Positions 8,710 to 18,765 of a stretch of DNA of 64,000 nt are shown here, one piece after another. Each line of letters starts with the position of its first letter. The stretch's first letter is position 1. The position numbers were made by a program, and so were the translations under genes. The notes below the pieces were generated by a model. That model ran no database searches. It saw nothing but the letters and a program-made list of their open reading frames with translations, and was not told the DNA's origin. Source of the DNA: an uncultured Methanosarcinales archaeon (GTDB taxonomy: Archaea; Nanobdellota; Nanobdellia; Woesearchaeales; JACPBV01); NCBI GenBank assembly GCA_964492935.1, contig CAZBLF010000001.1, positions 28,301 through 92,300 on the forward strand, given 5' to 3'.

Positions 8710-10017
8710 TTAGCCTCGTATTGCTGTAATCAGCTTATCTATCTCTTCTCTTGTATGTAATTCGGTAACACATACGAGTACTTCGTTTTGTAACGCGTTA
8801 TCGTATTTGCTTAACTCGACTAAGGGTAAAATATTGTGCTCTGCCAGTCGTTCTTGGACTTTTTGTTTGTCTTCGAGACGTATGACGAACTCGTTGTAGG
8901 TTGCAGCGGAATAGGGTATGGAGATTCCTGCATGTTGGAGTTGTTTTTTGGCGTAGTGAGATTTTTGTAGATTGTGCATGGATAGTGTCTTTAATTCCTT
9001 TCCGAGATAGGCCAGGGCGATGGTTGCTGCTAGTGCATTGAGCGCTTGATTGGTGCAGATGTTGGAGGTTGCTCTTTCTCGTCTGATGTGTTGTTCTCTT
9101 GCTTGGAGTGTTAATACAAAACCGCGTTGATCTTTGCTATCATGAGTCATCCCGGCTATTCTCCCCGGTAGTTGTCGCATGTAGTCTTTTTTTGTGGCAA
9201 TAAAACCTAGATAGGGTCCCCCAAAGCTGAGAGGATTGCCAAAGGTGTGGCCTTCACCTACTACGATATCTGCACCACAGGTTCCTGGACTTTTTAGAAT
9301 GCCGAGAGCGGTAGGTTCATTCACACTTACAATCAGGAGTGCACCTTGCTCATGTGCTTTTTGAGCAATTGCCTCAAGTTGTTCGATACTTCCTAGAAAA
9401 TTAGGCTGTTGGATGATGATGGCTGCTGCACCCTCGAGATCGGGAATTTGGGTGGTGCCCTCAGTCAGGGGGACTTCTTGAAGCTGGAGATTGTTTGCAC
9501 GGAGATAGGTTTCGACCACATGTTTATGTTCCGGATGGGTTGCATTTGAAATGAGTATCTTTTCTTTCTTTGTTATTCGGACTGCCATCAGTGCTGCTTC
9601 GGCGAGTGCTGAACTATTATCGTACATGGATGCGTTTGCGACCTGCATTCCGGTAAGGTTAGCGATCATCGTCTGAAATTCGAAGATTGCTTGTAGTGTT
9701 CCTTGAGAGATTTCAGGTTGATACGGAGTATATGCGGTGAAGAATTCTCCTCTGAGGATGAGATGGTTTACTACGGTAGGTATGAAATGGTTGTACGCAC
9801 CCGCACCCGCAAACGAAAGCATGTCGGTCTTGTTTTTCTTGGCAAGAGCGGTGAGTACTTTTGTTACCTCGATTTCGGAACAGGATTCTGGAAGATTGAG
9901 TTCGCCTTTTATCTGCAATGTTTCTGGGATATCCTTAAAGAGTTCTCGTACTGAGGAGATTCCAATAGTGGTGAGCATCTCCTGTACTTGTTCAGGGGTG
10001 TGGGATATGTATTGCAT
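8710..10017 (-). CDS. gcvPA: Glycine dehydrogenase subunit 1
   Basis: TAYTPYQPEISQG, REQHIRRERATSNICTNQ. Confidence 0.97.
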   Translation of the reverse strand: MQYISHTPEQVQEMLTTIGISSVRELFKDIPETLQIKGELNLPESCSEIEVTKVLTALAKKNKTDMLSFAGAGAYNHFIPTVVNHLILRGEFFTAYTPYQPEISQGTLQAIFEFQTMIANLTGMQVANASMYDNSSALAEAALMAVRITKKEKILISNATHPEHKHVVETYLRANNLQLQEVPLTEGTTQIPDLEGAAAIIIQQPNFLGSIEQLEAIAQKAHEQGALLIVSVNEPTALGILKSPGTCGADIVVGEGHTFGNPLSFGGPYLGFIATKKDYMRQLPGRIAGMTHDSKDQRGFVLTLQAREQHIRRERATSNICTNQALNALAATIALAYLGKELKTLSMHNLQKSHYAKKQLQHAGISIPYSAATYNEFVIRLEDKQKVQERLAEHNILPLVELSKYDNALQNEVLVCVTELHTREEIDKLITAIRG

Positions 10018-10410
10018 TTAGTGTGATTCCAGTAGTTGTTTGTACGCTTCCGCATTGAGAAGTCCATTTAATTGATCCTGAGAGAATCCTTTGATTTTTA
10101 CGATCCAGCCTGCACCATAGGGGTCTTCATTGATGAGTTCTGGTTTATTCGTGAGTTCGGTATTCACTTCAACGACCTCTCCATCGGTAGGTGCATAGAC
10201 ATCGGAGACCGATTTAACGGATTCTACGACAAGAAATGCTTTTGATTGCTCTGTTTTCTTCCCTACTTCTGGAAGTTCGACAAAAACGATATCGGTTAAT
10301 GCGTGTTGTGCATAGTCGGTGATCCCGATGATGAGTGTATCTCCTTCCACCTTGACCCACTCGTGTTCCTTGGTATAGTGTAGATTTTCCGGAATGTTTG
10401 TTGGTTCCAT
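10018..10410 (-). CDS. gcvH: Glycine cleavage H protein
   Basis: YTKEHEW, GITDYAQ, lipoyl site VESVKSVSDV; own SD and ATG at 10410. Confidence 0.95.
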   Translation of the reverse strand: MEPTNIPENLHYTKEHEWVKVEGDTLIIGITDYAQHALTDIVFVELPEVGKKTEQSKAFLVVESVKSVSDVYAPTDGEVVEVNTELTNKPELINEDPYGAGWIVKIKGFSQDQLNGLLNAEAYKQLLESH

Positions 10411-11505
10411 TACGATCCCCCCCTTAAATTTGTAGATTGGTCTTTTTACTTGTGTAGCCCTATATAGTTTTCCTCTAATCAATATCTCTATTTGAGTACC
10501 TACTTCTGCGAATTCGGAGTTTACAAAACCCATACCGATCCCTTGTTTCAGGGTTGGAGAGAAAGTGCCTGAGGAGACTTCTCCTATTTCTTTTCCCTCT
10601 TTTTGTATGGTATAGTGTTCGCGCGGTACTGATTTTTCATTCATGGTAAAACAGACGAGTTTCTTTTCGGTTCCCTCTTTGCTTTTCTAATATTTCACGT
10701 CCGATAAATTCTTTATTGAATTTTGTGACAAAGAGAAGTCCTGCTTCGATGGGAGTAATAGATTCACTGAGTTCATGACCATATAGCGAGTAGCAGGCTT
10801 CCAATCGTAATGTGTCGCGAGCTCCTAGACCACAGGGCTTGATGCCATATTCTTTTCCTGCTTCTAGTAGATCGTTCCAGATGTCTTGTGCATCCTCATT
10901 TTTGCAATAAATTTCGAAGCCGTCCTCTCCGGTGTATCCAGTTCTTGAAATAAGGACTTTGGGAGAGATGTTATTGAGCTGTAGATACTCTGCTTTGAAT
11001 CTTTTTAGTTGTTCTAGTTTGAATTGAGTCAATTTTTGCAGTGTTTTTTCTGCTTCTGGACCTTGGAGGTCTAATTTTGCTAGTTGTTCGCTCATATCTC
11101 TTATAGTTACAGATTCTGGTTTGTGTTGCATGAGCCAGTTGAGATCTTTTTGTATGGTTCCTGCGTTTACTACCATGAAGAATTCTTCGTCGCCCAGCTT
11201 GTAGATGAAGAGATCGTCTATTACTGTACCGCGTTCATTACAGAGGCAGTTGTAGCATGCTTGCTTGGTTTCTAATTTTGCAAGATCGTTGGTGACTACT
11301 GATTGTAGAAATTCGAATGCGCCCTCTCCTGTAATCATGAATTCTCCCATATGCGAGATATCGAAGAGCCCTACCTGGTTTCTCGTTGCGAGATGTTCCT
11401 CGATTACATTGGTGTACTGGACGGGCATACTCCACCCTGCAAAGGGAACCATTGTTGCACCTAATTGTGTATGTTGTTCAAAAAGAGGTGTTTTTTTTCT
11501 GTCAA
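10410..11505 (-). CDS. gcvT: Glycine cleavage T protein with apparent homopolymer frameshifts
   Basis: KTPLFEQH, FAGWSMPVQY, FDISHMGEF, RTGYTGEDGFE, GARDTLRLEA; C-terminal domain continues in another frame after ~10680. Confidence 0.88.
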
Positions 11506-11596
11506 GATTTTTAATATTTAGAATACGAATTATATATACTTTATGGGGCTTCAGGATATAGTTAACTTTATAATGTTGCTTTATCTGAAGCTGTTT

Positions 11597-12475
11597 ATGG
11601 TGTATACTCTTATTTTATTGGGTTTGGTGCTTATTGGTTTGGTTGTGGGGAGTGTAACTGACTTGAAGACTAGGGAAGTTCCTGACTGGTTGAGTTATGG
11701 GATGATGGGTACTGGAGTAGGCTTGTCGTTACTGTTTTCTGTTCTGTATTGGGATTATTCTTTTGTTGCTCATAGTTTGTTTGGATTGCTAGTTATGTTT
11801 TTGTTTGGATTGCTGATGTTTTACTCCGGTCAATGGGGTGGTGGGGATAGCAAGATCTTGATGGGCGTTGGTGCATTGGTTGGTTTATCCTGGAACTTGG
11901 TTCCGTTTCCGTTTCCGTTTCCGTTTCTACTTGCATTTTTTGTGAATATGTTGTTGATGGGTGCGGTGTATGGTATCGGATGGAGTGTGTATCTGGTTGT
12001 TCGTCATTACTCTGCGTTTAAAGCATCTTTTCGTCATATTATGGGGTTGAAGGCGGTTGGGCAGGTAAAGTTGATGCTGTTGGTGACTGGTTTTGTTGTT
12101 TTGGCAAGTTATTTTTTTGTGGATAGGTGGTTATGGTTCGTGGTGTTGGGCGGTTATATTGTTGTTGTGTTGATTTCGTATCTGAGGGTTGCGGTTAAAG
12201 CACTGGAGAAATCTTCTATGATACGTTCTGTTCGTCCTGACCAGTTAACTGAGGGCGATTGGATTGTTAAGGATGTTTCTTATCGCGGCAAGTATATTTG
12301 CGGTCCGAAAGATTTGGGTATTGAGAAGAAGGCTATTAAGAAGTTGGTAGCTTTGTATAAAGCAGGAAAGATCAAGGAGATTGTGATTAAAGAAGGCATT
12401 CCGTTTGTGCCTAGTTTCTTGCTAGCATTTATTCTTACGTTGTTTGTTGGTAACTTTTTCTTTTTGTTTATTTAG
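11597..12475 (+). CDS. A24 prepilin/prearchaellin peptidase
   Basis: TDLKTREVPD, WGGGDSK, PFVPSF; multi-TM. Confidence 0.9.
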   Translation: MVYTLILLGLVLIGLVVGSVTDLKTREVPDWLSYGMMGTGVGLSLLFSVLYWDYSFVAHSLFGLLVMFLFGLLMFYSGQWGGGDSKILMGVGALVGLSWNLVPFPFPFPFLLAFFVNMLLMGAVYGIGWSVYLVVRHYSAFKASFRHIMGLKAVGQVKLMLLVTGFVVLASYFFVDRWLWFVVLGGYIVVVLISYLRVAVKALEKSSMIRSVRPDQLTEGDWIVKDVSYRGKYICGPKDLGIEKKAIKKLVALYKAGKIKEIVIKEGIPFVPSFLLAFILTLFVGNFFFLFI

Positions 12476-12511
12476 TACGAGAGTATAGAATTTTTAAAGT
12501 CAATAGGGTAA

Positions 12512-13741
12512 TTATTTCTTCTTCTCGATCTTCACTTGAGTGATTCTTTTTCCTTGCATTTCTTCTATGGTGATGAGGTAGTTGTTGATTTTGATGGTTT
12601 CTTTTAATACTGGGATTCTATTGATTTTGTGGAGGATGAAGCCGCCAAAGGTTTCGTATTCTTCGCCGTCTCGGAATCTTGAGCGAAGTCGTTTATTCAC
12701 TTCTGGGATTTCGGTCTTTCCTTCTACAATCCATTTGTTACCGCGTTTTCGGATGTTTGGCTCTACTTTTTCTTTTTCGTCTTCGAATTCTCCTACGATT
12801 TCGTCGAGGAGGTCGTTAATGGTTACAAGGCCGACTAACGTTCCATGTTCGTCGACGACCATGGCTATTGATTGGCGCTTTTTCTTGCATTGTAGTAATA
12901 AGGTGTCTAATTTTTGGGTTTCTGGAACGAAATTGACGCGTTCCATGATGGATTTGACCGTTTTGCTTTCGCTTTTTTGGTTGATCAAGTCTTTGGTGAA
13001 GATGACTCCTGTAATGTGGTTTTTTTCTTTTCTGTAAACCGGAATTCTAGAGTATGGATTTTCTTTTAGGAGTGCACGGAGATCTTTTAGTTTTTCTCGT
13101 TCTTCGATTGAGGTGATATCGGAGACGGGAGTCATGACTTGCTCTACATTCATGTCGTCGAACTTGAAAATGCGTTGAATCATTACTTTTTCGTCGTGGT
13201 CTAATTCGCCTTCTTCATGTCCGACACGAATGATGGTCTCGATTTCTTCTTCTGTTACGATGGGACGATGGGCTGCGTTTTTGGTGAGGACATTGGTGAG
13301 TTTTTCGAAAATCCAGACGATAGGTGCTATGAGTGTTGCGAGCCAGGCGATGGGTCTGGCTATGCTGAGTGCGATATGCTCCTTGTAGGCTCCTGCTAAT
13401 GATTTGGGCCCGATTTCTCCGAAGACGAGGATCAATAGGGTCATTCCTCCTGTGGCAATGCCGATGGCGTTGTTATTGAAGATAGATACGGAGAGCATGG
13501 TTGCTAGAACGGATGCACCTACATTCACGAGATTGTTGAAGACGAGGATGGTGGTGAGAAAGGTGTTTGGATTTTCTTTGAGTTGTAGTAAGATATCTGC
13601 TCCTCGCTTTCTTTTTTCTACGAGATGCATGACGCGTAATTTGGAGACACCCACTAATGCAGTCTCAGCCATAGAGAAGAATCCGGACAATCCTAGGAGG
13701 ATGACTAGAAGATAGATCTGTTCTCGAATTAGGAGTACCAT
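12512..13741 (-). CDS. HlyC/CorC (CNNM-CBS-CorC) membrane protein
   Basis: SGFFSMAETA, FGEIGPK, YSRIPVY, VVDEHG, EIVGEFEDE. Confidence 0.93.
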   Translation of the reverse strand: MVLLIREQIYLLVILLGLSGFFSMAETALVGVSKLRVMHLVEKRKRGADILLQLKENPNTFLTTILVFNNLVNVGASVLATMLSVSIFNNNAIGIATGGMTLLILVFGEIGPKSLAGAYKEHIALSIARPIAWLATLIAPIVWIFEKLTNVLTKNAAHRPIVTEEEIETIIRVGHEEGELDHDEKVMIQRIFKFDDMNVEQVMTPVSDITSIEEREKLKDLRALLKENPYSRIPVYRKEKNHITGVIFTKDLINQKSESKTVKSIMERVNFVPETQKLDTLLLQCKKKRQSIAMVVDEHGTLVGLVTINDLLDEIVGEFEDEKEKVEPNIRKRGNKWIVEGKTEIPEVNKRLRSRFRDGEEYETFGGFILHKINRIPVLKETIKINNYLITIEEMQGKRITQVKIEKKK

Positions 13742-13804
13742 GGGCTAAAATTTGCTTTCATTGCTTATAATTGTTGTGGTCTTCGGAGGTTTATGCGAAA
13801 TACC

Positions 13805-15487
13805 TTACATCTCCTCTGGGGCTTCAATACCTAGTAGCTGTAATCCATTTGCTATTACTTGTTCAACGGATGCTACTAATGCAAGTCTTGCATTGCTGAG
13901 ATCGGGATTTTCTGAGTTTACCTGGTGTTTATGATAGAAATTGTTGAATGACTGGGCTAGCTCGTAGAGAAAGTGTGCTAGGAGATAGGGTTTGTAGTTT
14001 GCTGCAGCCTCTATGCGCTCTTCGAAATTCGCTAGCAGTTTTAGGAGTGCTTTTTCTTCTTCAGTTGTTAGCAATTCGTAATGGATGTCTTTTGGAAGTT
14101 TAGAATCTGCTTTCTTTTGGATGCTATTGCAACGTGCATGTGCATACTGGATGTAGGGCCCGGTGTTACCTTCGAATGCAAGTGCTTTCTCCCAATCGAA
14201 TACGAGTGTTTTTTGGTTCTCTCGGGCGATCATGCTGTATTTTAATGCGCCGAACGAGATGGTTGATGCGCGCTTTTCAACTTCTTTCTTAGTGAGCTTT
14301 TTATGACGTTTCTTGATTTCTTTTTCTGCTGCTTCCTTGATTTTTGTTAAAAGATCGTCGTAGAGTACCATGGTGCCTTCTCGCGAGGACATTTTTCCTT
14401 CGGGGAGCATGACAAGGCCGTAGGCTAGGTGTTTTGATTTCTTTGCCATCGGAGATTTCATGAGCTCGTAGGTTTTGAAGACTTGTCTGAAGAAGAGTTC
14501 TTGTTCAGATCCTACTACATGGATGCTTTTATCGAATTTGTACTCTTTTTGTTTGAGCAATGCTAGACCAAGTTCTTTCGTTTGATAGGTTGGGGTGCCG
14601 TCACCGGTGATGGCCACATAGACGCCTAGATTGTCTTTTTCGAAATCGAAAATAATAGCTCCGTCGCTTTCCTTTGCAATATTATTCTTTAGTGCTTTTT
14701 GGACTTCCTCTTTGCCTAATGGATCGGCTTCGCTTTCGAAATAGAGTCTGTTAAATTGGACTCCGAACTCCTTATAGAGGTCTTCAAAATCATCTAGGCA
14801 CCATTTTCTTGTCTTTTTCCAGAGATCGAGGTACTCTTTGTCTTTGGTGTAGAGCTTTTTGTTGATTTCTTTTACTTCTTGCTCAGCTTTCTTGGATTTT
14901 TTTGTAGCTTGATGGGCTTGGGTGTAGATGTGGCCGAGCCAGGTTCCTCTCTGTGTCTTGGGTTCCTTCTTTTTGTTTTTTAGATATCCCCATAAGCATT
15001 TCGCTACGTGCGGGCCAATATCGCCTTGGTAGTTGACTCGAATGACTTTGTTGCCGGCAGCTTCTAGGATTCTGGAGAGTGATTCACCGAGGCTGATATT
15101 TCTTAAGTGACCTATATGGATTCCTTTATGGGTATTGGCGTGGAAGAATTCTACCATGAGTGTTTTTTTTGTGGTTTTTAATTGACCGAACTTCTCTTTT
15201 TCTTTGAGAATTTGTTTGCAGATGTCTTGCGCTAAGTCTGCTGAAGTGATGAAGAAATTGAGGTAGGGGCCGGTAGCTCTGATTTCGTCTACGCCCTTTG
15301 GAGGTTCTAATGTATTTGCTAGTTCTTCTGCTATTTCGTTCGGTGCTTTTTTGTAGGTTTTGGATAAAGCGAAGCACGGAAACGCATAATCTCCCATTTC
15401 TGGATTAGGAGGATTCTCTAGCTCGATGTTTTCTAGTTTGGTTTCTTTTTCTAGAAGTTTGATGATTGCTTGCTTGATGTCCTCCAT
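13805..15487 (-). CDS. argS: Arginyl-tRNA synthetase
   Basis: HIGH, GKMSSREG, GPYIQYAHAR, C-terminal EEM. Confidence 0.97.
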   Translation of the reverse strand: MEDIKQAIIKLLEKETKLENIELENPPNPEMGDYAFPCFALSKTYKKAPNEIAEELANTLEPPKGVDEIRATGPYLNFFITSADLAQDICKQILKEKEKFGQLKTTKKTLMVEFFHANTHKGIHIGHLRNISLGESLSRILEAAGNKVIRVNYQGDIGPHVAKCLWGYLKNKKKEPKTQRGTWLGHIYTQAHQATKKSKKAEQEVKEINKKLYTKDKEYLDLWKKTRKWCLDDFEDLYKEFGVQFNRLYFESEADPLGKEEVQKALKNNIAKESDGAIIFDFEKDNLGVYVAITGDGTPTYQTKELGLALLKQKEYKFDKSIHVVGSEQELFFRQVFKTYELMKSPMAKKSKHLAYGLVMLPEGKMSSREGTMVLYDDLLTKIKEAAEKEIKKRHKKLTKKEVEKRASTISFGALKYSMIARENQKTLVFDWEKALAFEGNTGPYIQYAHARCNSIQKKADSKLPKDIHYELLTTEEEKALLKLLANFEERIEAAANYKPYLLAHFLYELAQSFNNFYHKHQVNSENPDLSNARLALVASVEQVIANGLQLLGIEAPEEM

Positions 15488-15571
15488 AGGGTTAGATTTA
15501 TTCGGGTAGCTTAAAAAGTTTGCTTTTACATCAGTATTTTGGGAGGATGTAGTCAGAGGTATGGCTGGCGA

Positions 15572-15879
15572 TTATTCAGAACCTTTGTAGAACTCTTGTC
15601 GATATACTTGTCTTAATCTTTGGTAAAACAAAACTCCTCTTTGAGCATCAGAAAGATCATCTCTTCCATCTAATTCACTAGCTATACTGAAAGTGTGACA
15701 TTTACCACCCTTTCTAGCCTTTCGTCTTCGTTGGTGGAGTGAGGTCTGTTCGGGTCTTTTAGCATTCCAGCTTCACGCAATATATGTGCAGCGTGTACTG
15801 GATTTCCAGTTCGTATCCCTTTGGAAAAATCACTTACTCCGGCTACTCCTGGACCTTTACCATTACTTTTTCCTATCAT
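15572..15879 (-). CDS. Hypothetical protein, probable frameshift near 15690
   Basis: 65-aa ORF continues as SIASELDGRDD...KGSE* in another frame if one T is added to a T-run. Confidence 0.4.
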
Positions 15880-15910
15880 GAACTTTCGATTGCTGTTCTC
15901 TATAAAAAGC

Positions 15911-16678
15911 TTATTGCTTTGAAAACAATTGCGATGCCGTGTCGATGGTTAAGAGAATTACCGCTTCGGTTTGGGCTTTCGTGGGATAGAAGGCTTCCTG
16001 TTGTTTGTGGACGGATGAAATTCTTGCTTGATTGATGAGATGGATTTGGTTTGCGATTCCGGGTGGTAGGGTGACTTCTTTATCTCGCAGTTTTGCGATT
16101 AAGTTTCCTAGTCCGATTCCAGGGCTTTTTTCTAGTAGGTCATTATTGGTTACTTCGTAGTATTTTCGGTGTAATACTGTTTCTAATACTCGACCACAGA
16201 GGATGATGCAGCTTCGAAAGCACTCATGGGTGAAGCAGCGTTGCATTTCACTAATGTCAGCTTCGATATCGGACTTTATATCTTTGGGGATGATGTCTGG
16301 ATTTAGGGTGAGGGCTTCATTTTGCTTTTCTTCTGGAACGGATTGGGTGAGTTCTTGAAGTGAGTTGAATGTGGTTTGCACTAATTTGAATGCTTGCTCA
16401 TCGTAGGCGGTGTAGATTTTTTGTAATAATGCAGAGATTTGGGCTATGGTTGATTGCTGGTTTCGATGATCGGCAGCGTATTGATGCAAGGAGATTGAGG
16501 CGTTCTTGAGCTGTTGGAAGGCGGTATGATAAGCCTGGATGTGGTACTGTTGTTTTTTTGCGGCAAAATCATAGAGTTGTTTTTCTCCGGAAAGCGTGTT
16601 TAGTGGATTGAGATTTTTCTTTACTAAGGTGTCTATGGCGTACCCGAACTTTATTACTGCCTCGCGGAATTCTTGCAT
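15911..16678 (-). CDS. DUF4145/HEPN-like domain protein
   Basis: CGRVLE, LGNLI and Rx4H motif RISSVH. Confidence 0.65.
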   Translation of the reverse strand: MQEFREAVIKFGYAIDTLVKKNLNPLNTLSGEKQLYDFAAKKQQYHIQAYHTAFQQLKNASISLHQYAADHRNQQSTIAQISALLQKIYTAYDEQAFKLVQTTFNSLQELTQSVPEEKQNEALTLNPDIIPKDIKSDIEADISEMQRCFTHECFRSCIILCGRVLETVLHRKYYEVTNNDLLEKSPGIGLGNLIAKLRDKEVTLPPGIANQIHLINQARISSVHKQQEAFYPTKAQTEAVILLTIDTASQLFSKQ

Positions 16679-16679
16679 G

Positions 16680-17939
16680 TTAGATGAATTGTTTTAATTT
16701 GGTTTGTTGTTTGATGGTGTTTAAGAGTAGGCTCCTTTCTAAGAGGTAATCGAGCTTGATATTAAATCTTTTCCTTGCGATGAGGGTAACGTAGGTGAGC
16801 ATGAGCTCTTTGGTTGCGAATTTTAAGGGAGGATTATTCATCGCTTTTCTGGTTGCTTCTCGGACTACAAAGACTCCTAGAGGCACTTCATACTCATCGG
16901 TGATGAATCTTAATGCTAGAACCGAGGCTTGGCGCTTTTTTGCTTTTAATTGTTCTACTATTGCTAATCTCGTTGCATAGAAGCCTCCTGCGGTTTGTTC
17001 GGCGTATTTTTTTCTTCCTTCGTAGGGTTCGTAGTCTGTTGTGTATCTGGGGATTCCAGGTAAACGCGAGTCCGAGCCTTGCGTCTCGCGACAAGTTGGT
17101 GGGTGAGATAGCATCTCGAAGAGTTCGTAGGAGTAGACTTCGGGGAGGGTGAGGATTAGAAAATAGTTTCCTAAGTAATTTCCTTGGAAGACTTGATAAT
17201 CCATTTCGGGAAATTTTTTGATATCGGTGATGATGTTATTCGCGATGGTGGTGTCGGTTGCGGTGATGCCCCAACGAGTCGGAACTAGTTTTCTGGATGC
17301 TTTTACTCCGAGATTACCTATGGTGAGGAGTCTTGTGAGGAATTGCTCATCCATGTTGTTCTTGTAGAGGTAGTTGATGGCGTCTGCTGCTTTGAGGTCG
17401 GTATCATCGACTACTTTGTCGACTTTTTGATCTATTTTTGGGTTTTCGGTGATGGTTGCTTTTTTTAGGGATGCGGCTGGACCCATGGGTTTTACTATGG
17501 AATCGGTTTGGATGCGGAATTTTGGTTTTTTGTTGAGATTTATTTCGACGTCTACGGGTTTTGATGCCATGCCAATTTCTTTGCTGAGGTCTAGAAATTT
17601 ATTTTTTTGCTTGACTTGGACTTTGAATCTTGAGTTTAGAAGTTGGGTTCTATAATCTATGATCTGAGGGATTTTTGTGTCGGTTGCGGCCCAATGTTTT
17701 TGTGCGTCTAACAACCATACATCTTCTTTGGGTTCGGGTGGGCTTAGAATTCCTACGTTTAGGTTTGGATAGCCGTGATGGCCGACGAAGACGTTGGGGG
17801 ATGATCCAAAGAAGTCTTCTGATTTGAGTAAGTCTTTTACTTTGAATAGGGACTTGGCGCGTGTACAGATGTTGCAGTCCTTATTATCGCAGAGCTTTCC
17901 GTTCAAGGCGGCTTGGCAGTAGACAGAACGAGGTTTCAT
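16680..17939 (-). CDS. Nre-family archaeal DNA repair protein
   Basis: GSSPNVFVG..GYP, RKLVPTRWGITATD, PLGVFVVRE; C-terminal PIP box QTKLKQF. Confidence 0.88.
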   Translation of the reverse strand: MKPRSVYCQAALNGKLCDNKDCNICTRAKSLFKVKDLLKSEDFFGSSPNVFVGHHGYPNLNVGILSPPEPKEDVWLLDAQKHWAATDTKIPQIIDYRTQLLNSRFKVQVKQKNKFLDLSKEIGMASKPVDVEINLNKKPKFRIQTDSIVKPMGPAASLKKATITENPKIDQKVDKVVDDTDLKAADAINYLYKNNMDEQFLTRLLTIGNLGVKASRKLVPTRWGITATDTTIANNIITDIKKFPEMDYQVFQGNYLGNYFLILTLPEVYSYELFEMLSHPPTCRETQGSDSRLPGIPRYTTDYEPYEGRKKYAEQTAGGFYATRLAIVEQLKAKKRQASVLALRFITDEYEVPLGVFVVREATRKAMNNPPLKFATKELMLTYVTLIARKRFNIKLDYLLERSLLLNTIKQQTKLKQFI

Positions 17940-18041
17940 GAGAATTGTATGATTAGTAGAATTTTATATGTTTCGGTCTAGGTTAGTTTATTGTTCTTAA
18001 GAATAGAAATGTTTATATAACTATAATCTCATAATGGAGGT

Positions 18042-18167
18042 ATGGTTGTAGCAGGTATCGATTTTCAGACGGAGAAGGAAGTCGAAGATTTTAAGAAAAA
18101 GGCTAAGGATTTAAGTAAACGTTCTCGGCGTGCTAGATCAAATCTTAAACGATTATTTTTTCTTTGA
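18042..18167 (+). CDS. Small basic hypothetical protein (41 aa)
   Basis: MVVAGIDFQTEKEVEDFKKK...FFL*, about 22 nt downstream of TTTATATAA. Confidence 0.45.
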   Translation: MVVAGIDFQTEKEVEDFKKKAKDLSKRSRRARSNLKRLFFL

Positions 18168-18635
18168 TTTTCTGTGTTCTTTTTCTAGTTTATCTTGAAG
18201 TATAATGATAAGTTGTTCCTGTTTTTCTTGTATTCTCATTGATTGTCTTATGGCGTGTTCTTGTTCATCCATTATCTCGCCTGTATTTTTTGCCTCTTTT
18301 CTTGCTTCTTCCGACCATTTAAATTTGTATTCCCAGATAAATTTCTGGAATGTGGCAGTTGTAACGACGAACAGTGCAAAGATGCCTACTATCACACTTA
18401 CCCATTTAGGAAGATCGAAGAAGTAGGCTAAGATTAATATCAGCATTACCTCTTCTATCAGGAATACAAATATGAACGATATAGTGAACATACTCTCATT
18501 CCTATTGATGAGTTCAACACATATCCTTCGTAGCTTCTTCAATGATTGAGCTATTTCTTTTAGAAACCATATGCACATGGCTGAAATTACCCCCAGGATA
18601 ATCATTAAGATCATTATCATTGCTTCAATCGACAT
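18153..18635 (-). CDS. Hypothetical membrane protein (3 TM plus coiled coil)
   Basis: Hydrophobic segments and charged C-terminus. Confidence 0.6.
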   Translation of the reverse strand: MSIEAMIMILMIILGVISAMCIWFLKEIAQSLKKLRRICVELINRNESMFTISFIFVFLIEEVMLILILAYFFDLPKWVSVIVGIFALFVVTTATFQKFIWEYKFKWSEEARKEAKNTGEIMDEQEHAIRQSMRIQEKQEQLIIILQDKLEKEHRKSKKK

Positions 18636-18765
18636 AGTGACAACCAGTAACTATCTAGAACCTCTTTGTCTTTTCTTGAATTTCGTATTATATAAATATT
18701 TCTATGTCCGGTTCATTCTCCTCAAAAAACACACCTTTAAATATCGCTGGGTGTTTTGCTGGTTT

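Noticed and set aside
10018..10644. Genuine GcvT-C/GcvH fusion protein
   Set aside because: gcvH has its own SD and ATG; one fewer G restores TAATG coupling
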